A DNA stretch of 64,000 nucleotides from Acidimicrobiia bacterium (lineage in GTDB: Bacteria > Actinomycetota > Acidimicrobiia > Spongiisociales > ZC4RG35), in the NCBI GenBank assembly GCA_046756405.1, contig JBHHWH010000001.1, positions 3,133 through 67,132 on the forward strand. The letters run 5' to 3'. The position numbers and the translations under genes are program-made. Positions within the stretch are counted from its first letter, which is position 1. Every line of letters starts with the position of its first letter. The notes under the pieces are model-generated. The model worked only from the letters and a program-made list of their open reading frames with translations, did no database searches and was not told the DNA's origin. Of this stretch, positions 1 through 10,610 are shown in pieces.

Positions 1-61
1 TCTCGCTCATCGGTCTCTCTCACGCAAGGCGTCGAGCCTACCGACGGAGGGTACACGCCCC

Positions 62-1114
62 CTACAGGCCAGCGGAAGCGATCAGTGCTCCGCCGATGAC
101 CCGCTCGTCGTGATAGAAGGCAACAGTCTGGCCGGGAGCGATGGCCTTCTGGGGAGCAGCAAAGTGCACGGTGGTACCGTCGAGGACAGCCTCCACCGCC
201 TCCCCGTGGGCCCGGTACTGGGCTAGTACCTCCCCATGGGGGAACTGACCGTTGGTCCCTGTGAGCTGGACCAGCTCGATCTCGCTGACCTCTAAGTCTT
301 GGCGACCGCCCAGCACCACAGTGTTGGTCGCGGCGTCGATGCGGACCACGTAGCGGGGCTCGCCGATGGCGGGGATGCCGAGACCGCGGCGCTGACCGAC
401 GGTGAAATCGACGATCCCGCGGTGCTCCCCGAGAACGTTCCCGGTGGTGTCGACCAGCTTTCCGGGGGCGAACACCTCGGGAGCATTGCGGCGGAGGAAC
501 TCCCGGTAGTCACCGTTGCCGACGAAACAGATCTCCATCGACTCCGGCTTTGTGGCGGTGCGCAGCCCGAGTTCGCCTGCGATGCGCCGCACGTGCGCCT
601 TGGTGTATTCCCCTACCGGGAAGCGGATCCGGTCGAGCTCGCGCTGGGTGAGCATGGAGAGGACGTAGGACTGGTCCTTGGCCCTGTCAGCGCCCCGCAG
701 CAGCTCCCAGGTCCCTTCGATGTATCGGGTCCGAGCATGGTGGCCGGTCACCAAGACATCGCAGCCGAACTCGTCGAGACGGCGAAGGAGCCGGTCGAAC
801 TTGACGGTGCGATTGCACTCGATGCACGGGTTCGGGGTGCGCCCCGAGGCGTAGTCGCCAATGAACAGGTCCACCACGCCGGCGTGGAACTCCTCGGTGT
901 AGTCGAGCACGTAATAGGGGATGTCCAACACGGCGGCGACCCGCCGAGCATCCTCAGCGTCGGAGACGGTGCAGCACCCTGCCGTTGGCGCCTCCCCGTT
1001 GGGCCCGGACCACAGCTTGAGGGTGACGCCTATGACTTCGTGACCGGCATCCTTCATGAGCGCCGCCGCCACCGAGGAGTCCACGCCCCCTGACATGGCT
1101 ACCAGCACCTTCAT
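62..1114 (-). CDS. mnmA: tRNA 2-thiouridine(34) synthase MnmA. Likely start is the internal Met at MKVLVAMSGGVDSS; the ORF continues upstream to 1276.
   Basis: PP-loop motif SGGVDSS near the N-terminus, conserved Cys residues, and overall MnmA-like sequence. The ATG at 1114 overlaps the upstream iscS stop (ATGA). Confidence 0.88.
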   Translation of the reverse strand: MKVLVAMSGGVDSSVAAALMKDAGHEVIGVTLKLWSGPNGEAPTAGCCTVSDAEDARRVAAVLDIPYYVLDYTEEFHAGVVDLFIGDYASGRTPNPCIECNRTVKFDRLLRRLDEFGCDVLVTGHHARTRYIEGTWELLRGADRAKDQSYVLSMLTQRELDRIRFPVGEYTKAHVRRIAGELGLRTATKPESMEICFVGNGDYREFLRRNAPEVFAPGKLVDTTGNVLGEHRGIVDFTVGQRRGLGIPAIGEPRYVVRIDAATNTVVLGGRQDLEVSEIELVQLTGTNGQFPHGEVLAQYRAHGEAVEAVLDGTTVHFAAPQKAIAPGQTVAFYHDERVIGGALIASAGL

Positions 1115-2244
1115 CGCAGCTCCTCCACCAGCCCTACCACCATCCCGGCGGCCTGTTCCGCCTCTTCGGCGGTGGTGTTCCAACCGAAGCTGAACCGGAT
1201 ACTCTCCCGGGCCTCCTCGGCGCTGAGCCCCATCGCCTCGAGGACATGGGAGACGGTGGCCGCACCCGAGGCGCACGCTGACCCTGCCGAGGCCGCCACC
1301 CCGGCCTGATCGAGACGCATGAGCAGGCTCTCGTTGTGCACTCCGGGGAAACGAAGGTTGAGGTGGTGAGACGACCGGCCTTCAGCGGGGGTGTTCACCA
1401 CGGCGTCGGGAATGGCAGCGAGTAGCCGCTTCTCGAAGTCGTCGCGGATCGCCCCCACCTTGGCGCGGAACCGCTCCCGGTCGGCCACGGCGGCCTCGAG
1501 GGCAGTGGCGAACCCGACCGCACCGGCCACGTCGTGGGTGCCGGAGCGGCGGCCTAGCTCCTGACCTCCACCGTGGAGCACTGGCTCCAGAGGAGTGCCG
1601 GAGCGGACATAGAGGATCCCAGCTCCCTTGGGCCCACCAAACTTGTGGGCGGTGATCGAAGCCAGATCGACGCCTAGGGCCCCCACATCGATCTCTTCTG
1701 AGTTGACAGCTTGGACTGCATCGGTGTGAACCATCACCTCGGGGTCGGCCTCATGAACAGCGCGGGCGATGGCAGCCACGTCCTGGAGGGTGCCGGTTTC
1801 GTTGTTGACCAGCATCACCGACACCACCGCCGTGATCGGGGTGAGAGCCTCCACTACCCGATCAGGACTGACCCGACCTTCCGAGTCCACACCAACGATG
1901 GTGACAGGATGGCCGAGGCGATCGAGGAAGTAGGCGGTCTCCAGCACCGCCTCGTGCTCGGTAGCCACCGTCACCAGACCGGCACGCGGCAAAGAGCTGA
2001 ACACCACACCCTTGATAGCCAGGTTGTCCGACTCTGTGCCCCCGGAGGTAAAGACAACCTCCCGATGATCGGCGCCGATGAGGGCAGCGATCTGCTCCCG
2101 GGCCTCCTCCAGGGCGTTCTTGGCCCGTCTGGAGATCCCGTGAATCCCCGACGAGTTGCCGAAGACGTCGGAGGCGTAGGGGGACATCGCCTCCCAGACA
2201 CCGGGACGCATCGGAGTGGTGGCGGCGTGGTCAAGGTAGATCAT
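1111..2244 (-). CDS. iscS: Cysteine desulfurase (IscS/NifS class V aminotransferase).
   Basis: MIYLDHAATTP N-terminus, PLP-lysine region SITAHKFGGPKG, and the SSGSACASG active-site loop. Translationally coupled to mnmA, the typical actinobacterial pair. Start taken at the Met of MIYLD. Confidence 0.85.
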   Translation of the reverse strand: MIYLDHAATTPMRPGVWEAMSPYASDVFGNSSGIHGISRRAKNALEEAREQIAALIGADHREVVFTSGGTESDNLAIKGVVFSSLPRAGLVTVATEHEAVLETAYFLDRLGHPVTIVGVDSEGRVSPDRVVEALTPITAVVSVMLVNNETGTLQDVAAIARAVHEADPEVMVHTDAVQAVNSEEIDVGALGVDLASITAHKFGGPKGAGILYVRSGTPLEPVLHGGGQELGRRSGTHDVAGAVGFATALEAAVADRERFRAKVGAIRDDFEKRLLAAIPDAVVNTPAEGRSSHHLNLRFPGVHNESLLMRLDQAGVAASAGSACASGAATVSHVLEAMGLSAEEARESIRFSFGWNTTAEEAEQAAGMVVGLVEELR

Positions 2245-2710
2245 GGTGACAAGACCAATTGTCGCACCGGTTAGGCGTTGGGGACAGTCGGATCCGCCGC
2301 CGGCACCTTTGATTCGGTGGTTTTCTCTCCACCGTTTCTCAAGAGGAGCCCGCAGGATGACCACCGAGATGCCCCTTCCTCCCCGAGTCGCGGCCACCTG
2401 GTGGTGATGCGGGCGTCGAACGCCGGAGACTTTCTCCAGGACTGTCAGTCCCGGGACTCGTCGGTCCAGACTCTGGACCGGAGGCTGCCGAGATCCGGGC
2501 CATGGAGGAGTCCCTGGAACTCTGGGGATACGTGGTTCAGGGTGACTACCTGAGCTGGCACCTATTCGGGTGGCTGGCCGTCAGCGGAAGCGTCTCCCCG
2601 GACGCCCTAGAGGAGTACGGGAAAGACCTTGGGGACCGCCTCCTCGAAGCCCAACCCTGAAACGACTCGTCGGCCTCTCTCTCCAAGGCGAGGGAGGCGT
2701 CCCCGGCCTG

Positions 2711-2760
2711 GTTCATAGTTCACCCAGCGGTTACCTACCCGAAGGGTGGCGGTTACCTGC
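2711..2760 (+). promoter_or_regulatory. Candidate PHO-box-like direct repeats upstream of pstS.
   Basis: GTTCATA-GTTCACC-cagc-GGTTACC-(15 nt)-GGTTACC lies 45-95 nt upstream of the pstS GTG start. The 7-nt units resemble the actinobacterial PhoP-box GTTCACC repeat with roughly 11-nt phasing (2729 and 2751 are 22 nt apart). Confidence 0.35.
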
Positions 2761-2804
2761 CCTCCGTACCGTTTCCATTAACAGCAAATGGGAGAACGGT
2801 TCGA

Positions 2805-3797
2805 GTGAAAGCAACGGTAGGAATCCTTGTCACGGCCCTGCTCGTGGCTGCGTGTGGAGGCAGCAGTGCTCCGGAGACAGGGGACCAGGCTGGCGGCGCC
2901 ATCGTCATCTCCGGCTCGTCGACTGTGGAGCCGGTGTCGGCTCGCGTCGCCGAAACCTATGGAAGCGAGCGCCCCGAACTCAGCATCTCCGTGGACGGTC
3001 CGGGCACTGGAGACGGCATGAAGGTGTTCTGCGCCGGCCAAGCCGACATAACGGGCGCTTCCCGGCCCATCAAAGAGCCCGAGATCGAGACCTGCAACCA
3101 GAACGGGGTGACGTTCATCGAGATCCCGGTGGCGATCGACGGCCTCAGCGTTCTCACCTCGCATGACAACGACCTGGTTGCATGCCTCGCCCCGGCCGAC
3201 CTCTACGCTCTCGTGGGCCCCGAGTCCATCGGATTCGGAACCTGGGGCGACGCCAACGACCTGGCTGCCGAGCTGGGTGCCGCCAACGCCCCCTATCCGG
3301 ACGTCCCGTTGGTGATCACTGGACCGGGTGAGGAGTCGGGCACTTACGATGCCTTCGTGGAGATGGTCCTAGAGGACATCGCCGAAGAACGCAGCCAGGA
3401 AGCGGCTACCCGTCCGGATTACACCGCCTCGGCCAACGACAACGTCATCATCGAGGGAATCTCAGGCTCCGACACTTCCCTCGGCTGGGTGGGCTACGCC
3501 TTCTACATTGCCAACCAGGACAGGGTGAAGGCCCTGGCCATCGCCGGTGGCGAGGGCTGCGTGGAGCCCACGCCGGAGACGATCGCCGATGGCAGCTACC
3601 CGCTCTCCCGGACCCTATACATCTACGTGAGCGTGGAGAAGGCACAGTCGAAGCCGGAAGTGGCCGACTTCGTCGACTTCTACCTCTCCGACGAGGGCCT
3701 GAAGGCGGTGGACGACGCCGGATACGTCCGCCTAGACGACTATGACCCCTCCCGCCAAGTTTGGGAGACCCGGACCCCCGGCCACCGCGAAGGATGA
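2805..3797 (+). CDS. pstS: Phosphate ABC transporter substrate-binding lipoprotein PstS.
   Basis: Lipobox LVAAC-GGSS, then ISGSSTVEP, GTGDG and the overall PstS fold signature. GTG start, with a GGGAG SD 10 nt upstream. Confidence 0.9.
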   Translation: MKATVGILVTALLVAACGGSSAPETGDQAGGAIVISGSSTVEPVSARVAETYGSERPELSISVDGPGTGDGMKVFCAGQADITGASRPIKEPEIETCNQNGVTFIEIPVAIDGLSVLTSHDNDLVACLAPADLYALVGPESIGFGTWGDANDLAAELGAANAPYPDVPLVITGPGEESGTYDAFVEMVLEDIAEERSQEAATRPDYTASANDNVIIEGISGSDTSLGWVGYAFYIANQDRVKALAIAGGEGCVEPTPETIADGSYPLSRTLYIYVSVEKAQSKPEVADFVDFYLSDEGLKAVDDAGYVRLDDYDPSRQVWETRTPGHREG

Positions 3798-4729
3798 GCC
3801 GAGAGGCCCCCAGCAAACCCTTGCTAGCCTCCTCCCTGGCAGGGGATCCGAGGCGGACCCGCCGAGAACAGCGGGTTCGCCTCATGCTGGTGATGGCCGC
3901 CGCAGCGTCGGTCATGGTCTCGGGGGCGATCCTGGTCACCCTCGCGGGGAAGGCCTGGGACTTCTTTCGCGCCGTCGACCCGGCAGCCCTGTGGACGGTC
4001 GGCTGGTTCCCCCGCCGTGACCTCTACGACCTCCTGACCCTCGTGTCGGCGACGGCCCTGATCGCCGGGGTGGCCATGGTGGTGGCAACGCCGCTGGGCT
4101 TGGGCTCGGCCATCTACCTCTCGGAGTACGCCCGGCCAGCCGCCCGGAGGGTGTTGAAGCCTTCCCTCGAAGTGCTGGCCGGCGTCCCTTCGGTGGTGCT
4201 GGGATACTTCGCCCTCACCTGGATCAGCCCTGAAATCATCCAGCGGCTCTTCGGTGGTGGAGTCTTCTCCATGGCCGCCGCCGGCCTCGGCGTCGGGGTA
4301 TTGGTGACCCCGCTGGTGGCCTCGGTCTCAGAAGACGCCATGGGGGCCGTCCCCTCCGACCTCCGCAACGCCGGATTCGGCCTCGGGGCTCGACGGTCGG
4401 CGGTCGTGCGGCGGGTGGTCGTACCAGCCGCCCTTCCCGGCATCGTCGCCTCGCTGATCCTCGGCGTCTCCCGGGCTATAGGAGAGACGATGGTCGTGTT
4501 CATGGCCGCGGGCGCGGTAGGGGGAGCCCTTCGAAGCTTCGACCTGTTGGGACCGGGCCAGTCGATGACGGCGGCCATGGCTGCCCTGGCCGTGGGCACA
4601 GATCAGGTCGCCGGATCTGGGCTTGCCTTCGAGAGCCTCTTCTTCGTGGGGCTCCTTCTGTTCGTGATGACCCTGGGGCTCAACATGGCAAGCAACCGCT
4701 TGGTCCGCAGGATGAGGGACCGCTACTGA
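3794..4729 (+). CDS. pstC: Phosphate ABC transporter permease PstC.
   Basis: Multi-TM permease with an EAA-like loop, immediately downstream of pstS. ATG overlaps the pstS stop (ATGA). Confidence 0.88.
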   Translation: MSREAPSKPLLASSLAGDPRRTRREQRVRLMLVMAAAASVMVSGAILVTLAGKAWDFFRAVDPAALWTVGWFPRRDLYDLLTLVSATALIAGVAMVVATPLGLGSAIYLSEYARPAARRVLKPSLEVLAGVPSVVLGYFALTWISPEIIQRLFGGGVFSMAAAGLGVGVLVTPLVASVSEDAMGAVPSDLRNAGFGLGARRSAVVRRVVVPAALPGIVASLILGVSRAIGETMVVFMAAGAVGGALRSFDLLGPGQSMTAAMAALAVGTDQVAGSGLAFESLFFVGLLLFVMTLGLNMASNRLVRRMRDRY

Positions 4730-5688
4730 TGGCGCTCCGCACACCCGCCGTGGACTCCACCGAAGCTGTAGGCGCCGCCCTGAGGGGCCGCCGCACGCGC
4801 ATCGGCGAAGTCGGCTTCCAACTACTGCTTCTCAGCACACTTCTGGCAGCGCTGCTGATCCTCGTGGTGTTGATCGTCGATGTGGTAGTCGGTGCCATAC
4901 CGGTGTTCGCCGAACGGGGACTCGGGTTCATCACTAATCCCCTGTCCCTGGATCCCACCTCCGCCGGCGTCTACACCGCCGTCCTCGGCTCCCTCGGACT
5001 CAGTGCCGTCGTAATTCTGGTGTCCTTCCCCGTCGGCATCGGCGCCGCCATCTACCTGGCGGAATATGCTCCCGACAACCGGCTCACCCGGTTCATCGAC
5101 ACCAATATCCGCAATCTGGCAGGAGTCCCCTCCATCGTCTACGGCCTCTTGGGCCTGGCCATCTTCGTTCCCTTGGTGGCTGCCGTCGGCCTGGGGGGAC
5201 CTCCGGGGGTGGAGGGCAGGAACCTGTTCGCCGGAGGGCTGGCCCTGGCCACGCTGGTGCTCCCCATCGTGATCATCACCAGCGTGGAGGCCCTCCGGGC
5301 CGTTCCTTCAGACCTTCGCATGGCCGCCTACGGCGTCGGTGCCACCCAGTGGGAGGTGATCCGACACCATGTGCTCCCAGTCGCTGCCCCGGGGATCCTC
5401 ACCGGGACGGTGCTCACCCTGGCCCGAGCCTTCGGTGAGACCGCCCCGCTGCTGATGGTCGGGGTAACTACCGGGTACTTTCAGGCGGGTACCGGTGTGG
5501 GTCTCTTGGACAGGCTCACCGGGAAGTACACCGCACTGCCCGTCACCGTGCTCTCTTGGTCACGCCAGCCGGGGGGAGGTTTTCAGGACCATCTGGCCCC
5601 GGCCGCCATCGTCGTCCTGCTTGTCGTGTTGCTGGGAGCCAACGCAACGGCGATCATCCTGCGCAATCGCTACGAGAGGAAAGGGTGA
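4729..5688 (+). CDS. pstA: Phosphate ABC transporter permease PstA.
   Basis: Second permease of the pst operon. The start overlaps the pstC stop by 1 nt (TGATG). Confidence 0.88.
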   Translation: MALRTPAVDSTEAVGAALRGRRTRIGEVGFQLLLLSTLLAALLILVVLIVDVVVGAIPVFAERGLGFITNPLSLDPTSAGVYTAVLGSLGLSAVVILVSFPVGIGAAIYLAEYAPDNRLTRFIDTNIRNLAGVPSIVYGLLGLAIFVPLVAAVGLGGPPGVEGRNLFAGGLALATLVLPIVIITSVEALRAVPSDLRMAAYGVGATQWEVIRHHVLPVAAPGILTGTVLTLARAFGETAPLLMVGVTTGYFQAGTGVGLLDRLTGKYTALPVTVLSWSRQPGGGFQDHLAPAAIVVLLVVLLGANATAIILRNRYERKG

Positions 5689-6554
5689 GCTTGAACACGA
5701 GGACTAACCCGCCGATTCGGCCGGACGCGCCGCCCGAAGAGGATCAAGCGGCTCACCACACAGAGGGCAACGAGGGCCGCGAGGTCGTCTTCGACATCGA
5801 GAACCTCACCGTCTACTACGGCGACTTCCGCGCGGTCGCCGAGGTGAGCCTCCCGGTCTACGCCCGGGAGATCACAGCCCTCATCGGGCCCTCGGGATGC
5901 GGCAAGAGCACGGTCCTTCGCTCCCTCAACCGGATGAACGACCTGATCGAAGTCGCCCGGGTCGAGGGTCGGGTTCTCTACCACGGGGTAAATCTCTACG
6001 ACCCCAAGGTTGACGCGGTAGAGGTCCGCCGGCACATCGGCATGGTCTTCCAGAAGCCCAACCCGTTCCCCAAGTCGATCTATGAAAACGTTGCTTTCGG
6101 GCCCAAGATCGCAGGCCACAAAGGCAACCTCGACGACGTCGTAGAAGACTCGCTGCGCAAGGCAGCCCTGTGGGAAGAGGTGAAAGACCAACTCGACGGC
6201 CATGCCTACGCTCTCTCGGGAGGCCAGCAGCAGCGACTCTGCATCGCCAGGGCGATAGCCACCAGCCCCGACGTTCTGCTCATGGACGAGCCAGCCTCCG
6301 CCCTAGACCCCATAGCTACCCTTCGCATCGAAGAACTGATGCTCGAGCTGAGGCGTCACTACTCCATCGTGATCGTGACCCACAACATGCAACAGGCCGC
6401 CCGGGTAAGCGACCGCACCGCATTCCTCAACGTCGACGTGGGAGAGGACGGCCAGCGCACCGGCCGCCTAGTGGAGTATTCCGAGACTGACCGCCTGTTC
6501 ACGAACCCCTCCGAGAAGGCCACCGAGGACTACATCACGGGGCGGTTCGGATGA
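5685..6554 (+). CDS. pstB: Phosphate ABC transporter ATP-binding protein PstB.
   Basis: Walker [13 protein letters not shown] signature LSGGQQQRL, and Walker B LLMDEP. GTG start overlaps the pstA stop (GTGA). Confidence 0.9.
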   Translation: MSLNTRTNPPIRPDAPPEEDQAAHHTEGNEGREVVFDIENLTVYYGDFRAVAEVSLPVYAREITALIGPSGCGKSTVLRSLNRMNDLIEVARVEGRVLYHGVNLYDPKVDAVEVRRHIGMVFQKPNPFPKSIYENVAFGPKIAGHKGNLDDVVEDSLRKAALWEEVKDQLDGHAYALSGGQQQRLCIARAIATSPDVLLMDEPASALDPIATLRIEELMLELRRHYSIVIVTHNMQQAARVSDRTAFLNVDVGEDGQRTGRLVEYSETDRLFTNPSEKATEDYITGRFG

Positions 6555-7240
6555 GCGAAGTTCGCAGCCAGTTCCATGCTGCCATGGAGGAGCTGGAGAC
6601 CAGGCTCGTAGAGATGGCAGAACTTGCCACCCACCAGATCAAGGAGGCCGTGGCCTCCCTGATATCCGGAGACGTGGACCGCGCCGAAGCGGTGGTGGCC
6701 TCCGACGATGAGATAGACGAGATCTACCTCGAAGTAGAGAACCGCTGGCATGAGGTCATGGCCCGCCAAACGCCGGTGGCGTCGGATCTCCGTCGGATGA
6801 CCCTGATCCTCTCCGCCAACCACAGTCTGGAACGCATTGGCGACCAGTCGGTCAACATCGCCCAGGTGGTCAAGGCCACCGCCGGGCTCCCCCGCCGAGA
6901 GACCATCCTGTTACACATCCGGGAGATGGCAGCCATGGTGACCGACATGCTGGCTGTGGCGATGGAGGCTCTGGCCAGACGGGAGCTGTCCCTGGCCCTT
7001 CGCCTCCCTGAGATGGACGACCCGGTGGACTTGCTCAACCGCAACATGTATCGGGAAGTAGCCGACTGTGGTGAAGATCACGATCTACTGGAGTGGGCCC
7101 TGCGGATGCTGCTCGTAGCCCGGGCCCTGGAACGTGTCGGCGACAGGGCTGTGGACATTGGCGAACAGGTAGCGTTCCTGCTGACCGGCGTCTTCCGGGA
7201 GTTCTCCAACGACAGTTCCATCAATCTCGATGCCGGCTGA
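6551..7240 (+). CDS. phoU: Phosphate signalling complex protein PhoU.
   Basis: Two PhoU repeats (E..R.GD motifs: [10 protein letters not shown] and [10 protein letters not shown]). ATG overlaps the pstB stop. Confidence 0.9.
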   Translation: MSEVRSQFHAAMEELETRLVEMAELATHQIKEAVASLISGDVDRAEAVVASDDEIDEIYLEVENRWHEVMARQTPVASDLRRMTLILSANHSLERIGDQSVNIAQVVKATAGLPRRETILLHIREMAAMVTDMLAVAMEALARRELSLALRLPEMDDPVDLLNRNMYREVADCGEDHDLLEWALRMLLVARALERVGDRAVDIGEQVAFLLTGVFREFSNDSSINLDAG

Positions 7241-7922
7241 GGTCCGCGTTCTGGTCGTCGAAGACGAAGAGTCCCTCGCCGAGTCGATCGCTTACAACCT
7301 TCGCCGCGAGGGATTCACCCCGCAGATCGTCACCGACGGCAGTCAGGTGCTCGGTGCCGTGCGGGTTGACCCTCCCAGCCTGATCCTGCTGGACCTGATG
7401 CTGCCAGGGATGAACGGGCTCGACGTGCTGCGCGCCCTCCGCGCCGAGAAGTCAGCCGTCCCGGTGATAATCGTCACCGCCAAGGACACCGAAGCCGACG
7501 TGGTGGCCGGCCTGGAATTAGGCGCCGACGACTACGTCACCAAACCCTTTTCCATGAGAGAACTCCTCTCCCGGATCCGGGCCCTCCTCCGTCGCACCAG
7601 ACCGCCCGAGAGAAGGCGGATGGTGCTGAGGGGCGGACCCGTGGTGATGGATCTCGACCGCCACGAGGTGACGGTCCATGGAGATCCGGTGAAGCTCCGC
7701 CCCAAGGAGTTCGAGCTTCTCGAGGCGCTGCTGACCCGCAAGGGAGACTTGGTACCGCGGGATGTGCTATTGGAGGAGGTATGGGGATACACCTTCTTTG
7801 AGGACACCAAGACCCTCGATGTCCATGTGAAACGGCTCCGATCGAAGATCGAAGAGGACCCGGCGAACCCGATCCACATCGTCACCGTGAGGGGTTTCGG
7901 CTACAAGTTCGTCGATGACTGA
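7230..7922 (+). CDS. OmpR-family response regulator (PhoP/PhoB/RegX3-like).
   Basis: Receiver domain (VLVVEDEESL, the phospho-Asp in LILLDLMLPGMNG, and KP in VTKPF) plus a winged-helix trans_reg_C C-terminus (GYKFV). Overlaps the phoU stop. Confidence 0.85.
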   Translation: MPAEVRVLVVEDEESLAESIAYNLRREGFTPQIVTDGSQVLGAVRVDPPSLILLDLMLPGMNGLDVLRALRAEKSAVPVIIVTAKDTEADVVAGLELGADDYVTKPFSMRELLSRIRALLRRTRPPERRRMVLRGGPVVMDLDRHEVTVHGDPVKLRPKEFELLEALLTRKGDLVPRDVLLEEVWGYTFFEDTKTLDVHVKRLRSKIEEDPANPIHIVTVRGFGYKFVDD

Positions 7923-9606
7923 CCGCGTCCGGCCGTTCCGCCGCCGTCTCGTGGCCTGGTATGCAGGCATGCTCATCCTGCTCCTGGCGAGCTTCGGCGT
8001 CATGCTCTCCCGCTCTCTGGAGCGGATGCTCCTGGACCAACTCACAGAGTCCCTGGTAGGCGAGGCCAAAGCGGTGAGCCTGGCCCTACCCAGAGAAGAC
8101 TCCGCCCTTCAGGCGTCTGTCATCAACCTGGGCGAGAACCTCAGCATCAGGATCACGGTCATCGCGCCCGACGGGACCGTGCTCGCCGACTCCGACGCCG
8201 ACCCTTCGACCATGGAGAATCACGCCGGCCGCCCTGAGGTCGCTGGGGCTATCTCCGGGGACATCGGCGTAGCTTCCCGTACCAGCGCCACGGTCGGTGA
8301 GGCGCTCCGATACGTGGCGCTTCCGGTTTCCCAGGGCCGGATAGTGAGGGTGGCGGTGGCGGAGACGGACGTTGAAGCCCGGATGGCCTCGCTGCGAAGC
8401 ATATTGGTGGTTGGGGGCGTGATTACCGGCCTGGTCGGATTGGTGGGAATCGACCTGGTGGGTCGTGCGGTGACCCGACCCCTGGAACAGCTCACAAGCG
8501 CGGTGAGTGAGGTTGCGGAGGGTGTCGAAGCGACGACGGCCATCGCCTCGTCGGGAGTAGCGGAGTTGGATCGCTTGGGGGAAGCAGTGAAGCGTCTCGC
8601 CTCGGAGGTGGCCCGCCGGGTAGACCAGCTCAGCCGGGAGCGAGAACTGCGGGATGTGGTCCTTTCGGCCCTAGACGTGGGCGTCGTGCTGGTGGAAGAA
8701 GCAACAGTCGTCTACACCAACCCGGCGGCCCGGGAGATTCTCGGCACCGAACCTGCAAACGTCTCCCAACTTCATCCGGCACTCCTCCAGGAGTTGATTC
8801 GGCTCGCCTCGTCGCAGGACACCGGGGGAAGCGGAGAGTTTGAGACCCCGACCGGTGTCGTCGTGGCCTCGGCTCTGCCGCTCTCCGAGACGGACCAGAT
8901 CCTCCTCACCCTCACCGACGTGACCGAGGCCCGCAGGGCTGACGCCGTTCGCCGCGACTTCGTCTCCGCCGCCTCCCACGAGCTCAAGACCCCTGCGGCG
9001 GCGATCCAGGCCGGAGCTGAGACGGTGATACGGGCCTTGGAGGACGACCCCGAGGCCGCCGACTACTTCGCCCGCAGGATCGAGGCGGACGCCCTGCGGC
9101 TCTCCCGGATCGTGGCGGACCTACTCGACCTGTCCCGATTGGAAACCCAGCACCTCATAAGGGAGCCGGTGGCGCTGGACGGGGTGATCCGGGATGAGGC
9201 GGAGAGGCTGGGCTCGGTACCCGTGGATTTGGCCGTCGACGCCGAGGAGCACCTGGTCGTTGAAGGGAATGCGTCGGACCTGGGCCTTGCCGTGCGCAAC
9301 CTCTTGGACAACGCCGTCCGCTACACCCAAGCGGGAGGCCATGTCCAGGTGAGACTGACCTCCAGTAACGGCGAGGCGATCGTCGAAGTCATCGACAACG
9401 GGGCCGGGATTCCCGCTGCCGACCTGCCTCGCATCTTCGAGCGCTTCTACCGGGTGGACGAGGCCCGCTCCCGCCGCACCGGAGGGACCGGGCTGGGACT
9501 GGCCATCGTCAAGCACGTGGCTGAGCAGCACGGCGGCCGGGTGGAGGCGGAGAGCGTCCTCGGCCAAGGGTCTACGTTCCGCATCATCCTGCCCATTGCG
9601 GAATAA
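7915..9606 (+). CDS. Sensor histidine kinase (PhoR/SenX3-like), partner of the preceding regulator.
   Basis: N-terminal TM helices, the HisKA H-box ASHELKTPAAAI, and HATPase_c N/G boxes (DNAVRYT, DNGAGIP, GGTGLGLAIV). Start overlaps the regulator stop. Confidence 0.85.
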   Translation: MTDRVRPFRRRLVAWYAGMLILLLASFGVMLSRSLERMLLDQLTESLVGEAKAVSLALPREDSALQASVINLGENLSIRITVIAPDGTVLADSDADPSTMENHAGRPEVAGAISGDIGVASRTSATVGEALRYVALPVSQGRIVRVAVAETDVEARMASLRSILVVGGVITGLVGLVGIDLVGRAVTRPLEQLTSAVSEVAEGVEATTAIASSGVAELDRLGEAVKRLASEVARRVDQLSRERELRDVVLSALDVGVVLVEEATVVYTNPAAREILGTEPANVSQLHPALLQELIRLASSQDTGGSGEFETPTGVVVASALPLSETDQILLTLTDVTEARRADAVRRDFVSAASHELKTPAAAIQAGAETVIRALEDDPEAADYFARRIEADALRLSRIVADLLDLSRLETQHLIREPVALDGVIRDEAERLGSVPVDLAVDAEEHLVVEGNASDLGLAVRNLLDNAVRYTQAGGHVQVRLTSSNGEAIVEVIDNGAGIPAADLPRIFERFYRVDEARSRRTGGTGLGLAIVKHVAEQHGGRVEAESVLGQGSTFRIILPIAE

Positions 9607-9634
9607 CGGCCGGACACACGCGTTCGCTCGCTAG

Positions 9635-10540
9635 ATGAGCCAGCCCCTCAACGAAGAACGCCCCACCTTGGGACGATTGGACGCGGTCACCACCCGCGAA
9701 GGTGCCGGGTTTCTGGTCCACCGCCCCTTCCCCACCGCCCGCCTCGACCACATCGGGCCTTTCCTGCTGCTCGATGAGATGGGGCCGGTGGACAACGCCC
9801 CCGGGGAGGCCAAGGGAGCGCCGGATCATCCCCACCGCGGCTTCGAGACGGTCACTTATGTCCTCGCCGGGGAGATCGAACACAAGGACTCCCAGGGCAA
9901 CAAGGGCCTGATCACCCCAGGGGACGTGCAGTGGATGACGGCCGGAGCGGGGATCGTCCATTCGGAGATGCCGTCACAGAAGATCCTCAGCCGGGGCGGG
10001 AAGGCCCACGGTTTCCAGTTGTGGGTGAACCTGCCCAAGAAGGCGAAATGGAACCGGCCCCGGTATCAGGACCTCCACGCCGAGGACATGCCGGTGGTGG
10101 AGTTCGATGGCGGGTCGGCGGTGGTGATCGCCGGACACACCCACGGGGCGGACGGTGTGGCCGACACCTACCTACCCATCACCTACTTCCACCTCAAGGT
10201 CTACCCCGAAGAAGAGGTGACCCTGGAGATCGAACCGGACCACCTGGTCTGGATCTACTTCTTTCGGGGTGGTGGGTTGATCGGAGCCAACCGGGTGCCC
10301 TCAGACCGGGGTCAGATAGCGGTCTTCGAGCCCAGAGCCGGAAAGCTCACGCTGATCGGCGGCACCGAGGGCCTGGAGGCGATGGTGGGAAGTTCGCAGC
10401 CCCTCAACGAGCCGGTGGCCCGCTACGGACCCTTCGTGATGAACACCCGGGAGGAGATCATCCAGGCCTTCGAGGACTATCACTCGGGCAAGATGGGCTC
10501 CATCGAACCCGAACTCAGCCCCAGCATGAGGGGGGAGTGA
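9635..10540 (+). CDS. Pirin family protein.
   Basis: Cupin metal-site motif HPHRGFETVTY with downstream conserved E/H residues, and a bicupin-length protein (301 aa). Confidence 0.85.
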   Translation: MSQPLNEERPTLGRLDAVTTREGAGFLVHRPFPTARLDHIGPFLLLDEMGPVDNAPGEAKGAPDHPHRGFETVTYVLAGEIEHKDSQGNKGLITPGDVQWMTAGAGIVHSEMPSQKILSRGGKAHGFQLWVNLPKKAKWNRPRYQDLHAEDMPVVEFDGGSAVVIAGHTHGADGVADTYLPITYFHLKVYPEEEVTLEIEPDHLVWIYFFRGGGLIGANRVPSDRGQIAVFEPRAGKLTLIGGTEGLEAMVGSSQPLNEPVARYGPFVMNTREEIIQAFEDYHSGKMGSIEPELSPSMRGE

Positions 10541-10610
10541 ACGATCCGCCGATAGCCGATACAGCTATCATGTCAACGGTGTCAGGTATCACGTCGGTGG
10601 AGAACAGCAG

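Noticed and set aside
2570-3166. 198-aa plus-strand ORF upstream of and overlapping pstS.
   Set aside because: Arg/Gly/Pro-rich composition and overlap with the well-supported pstS frame; likely non-coding leader.
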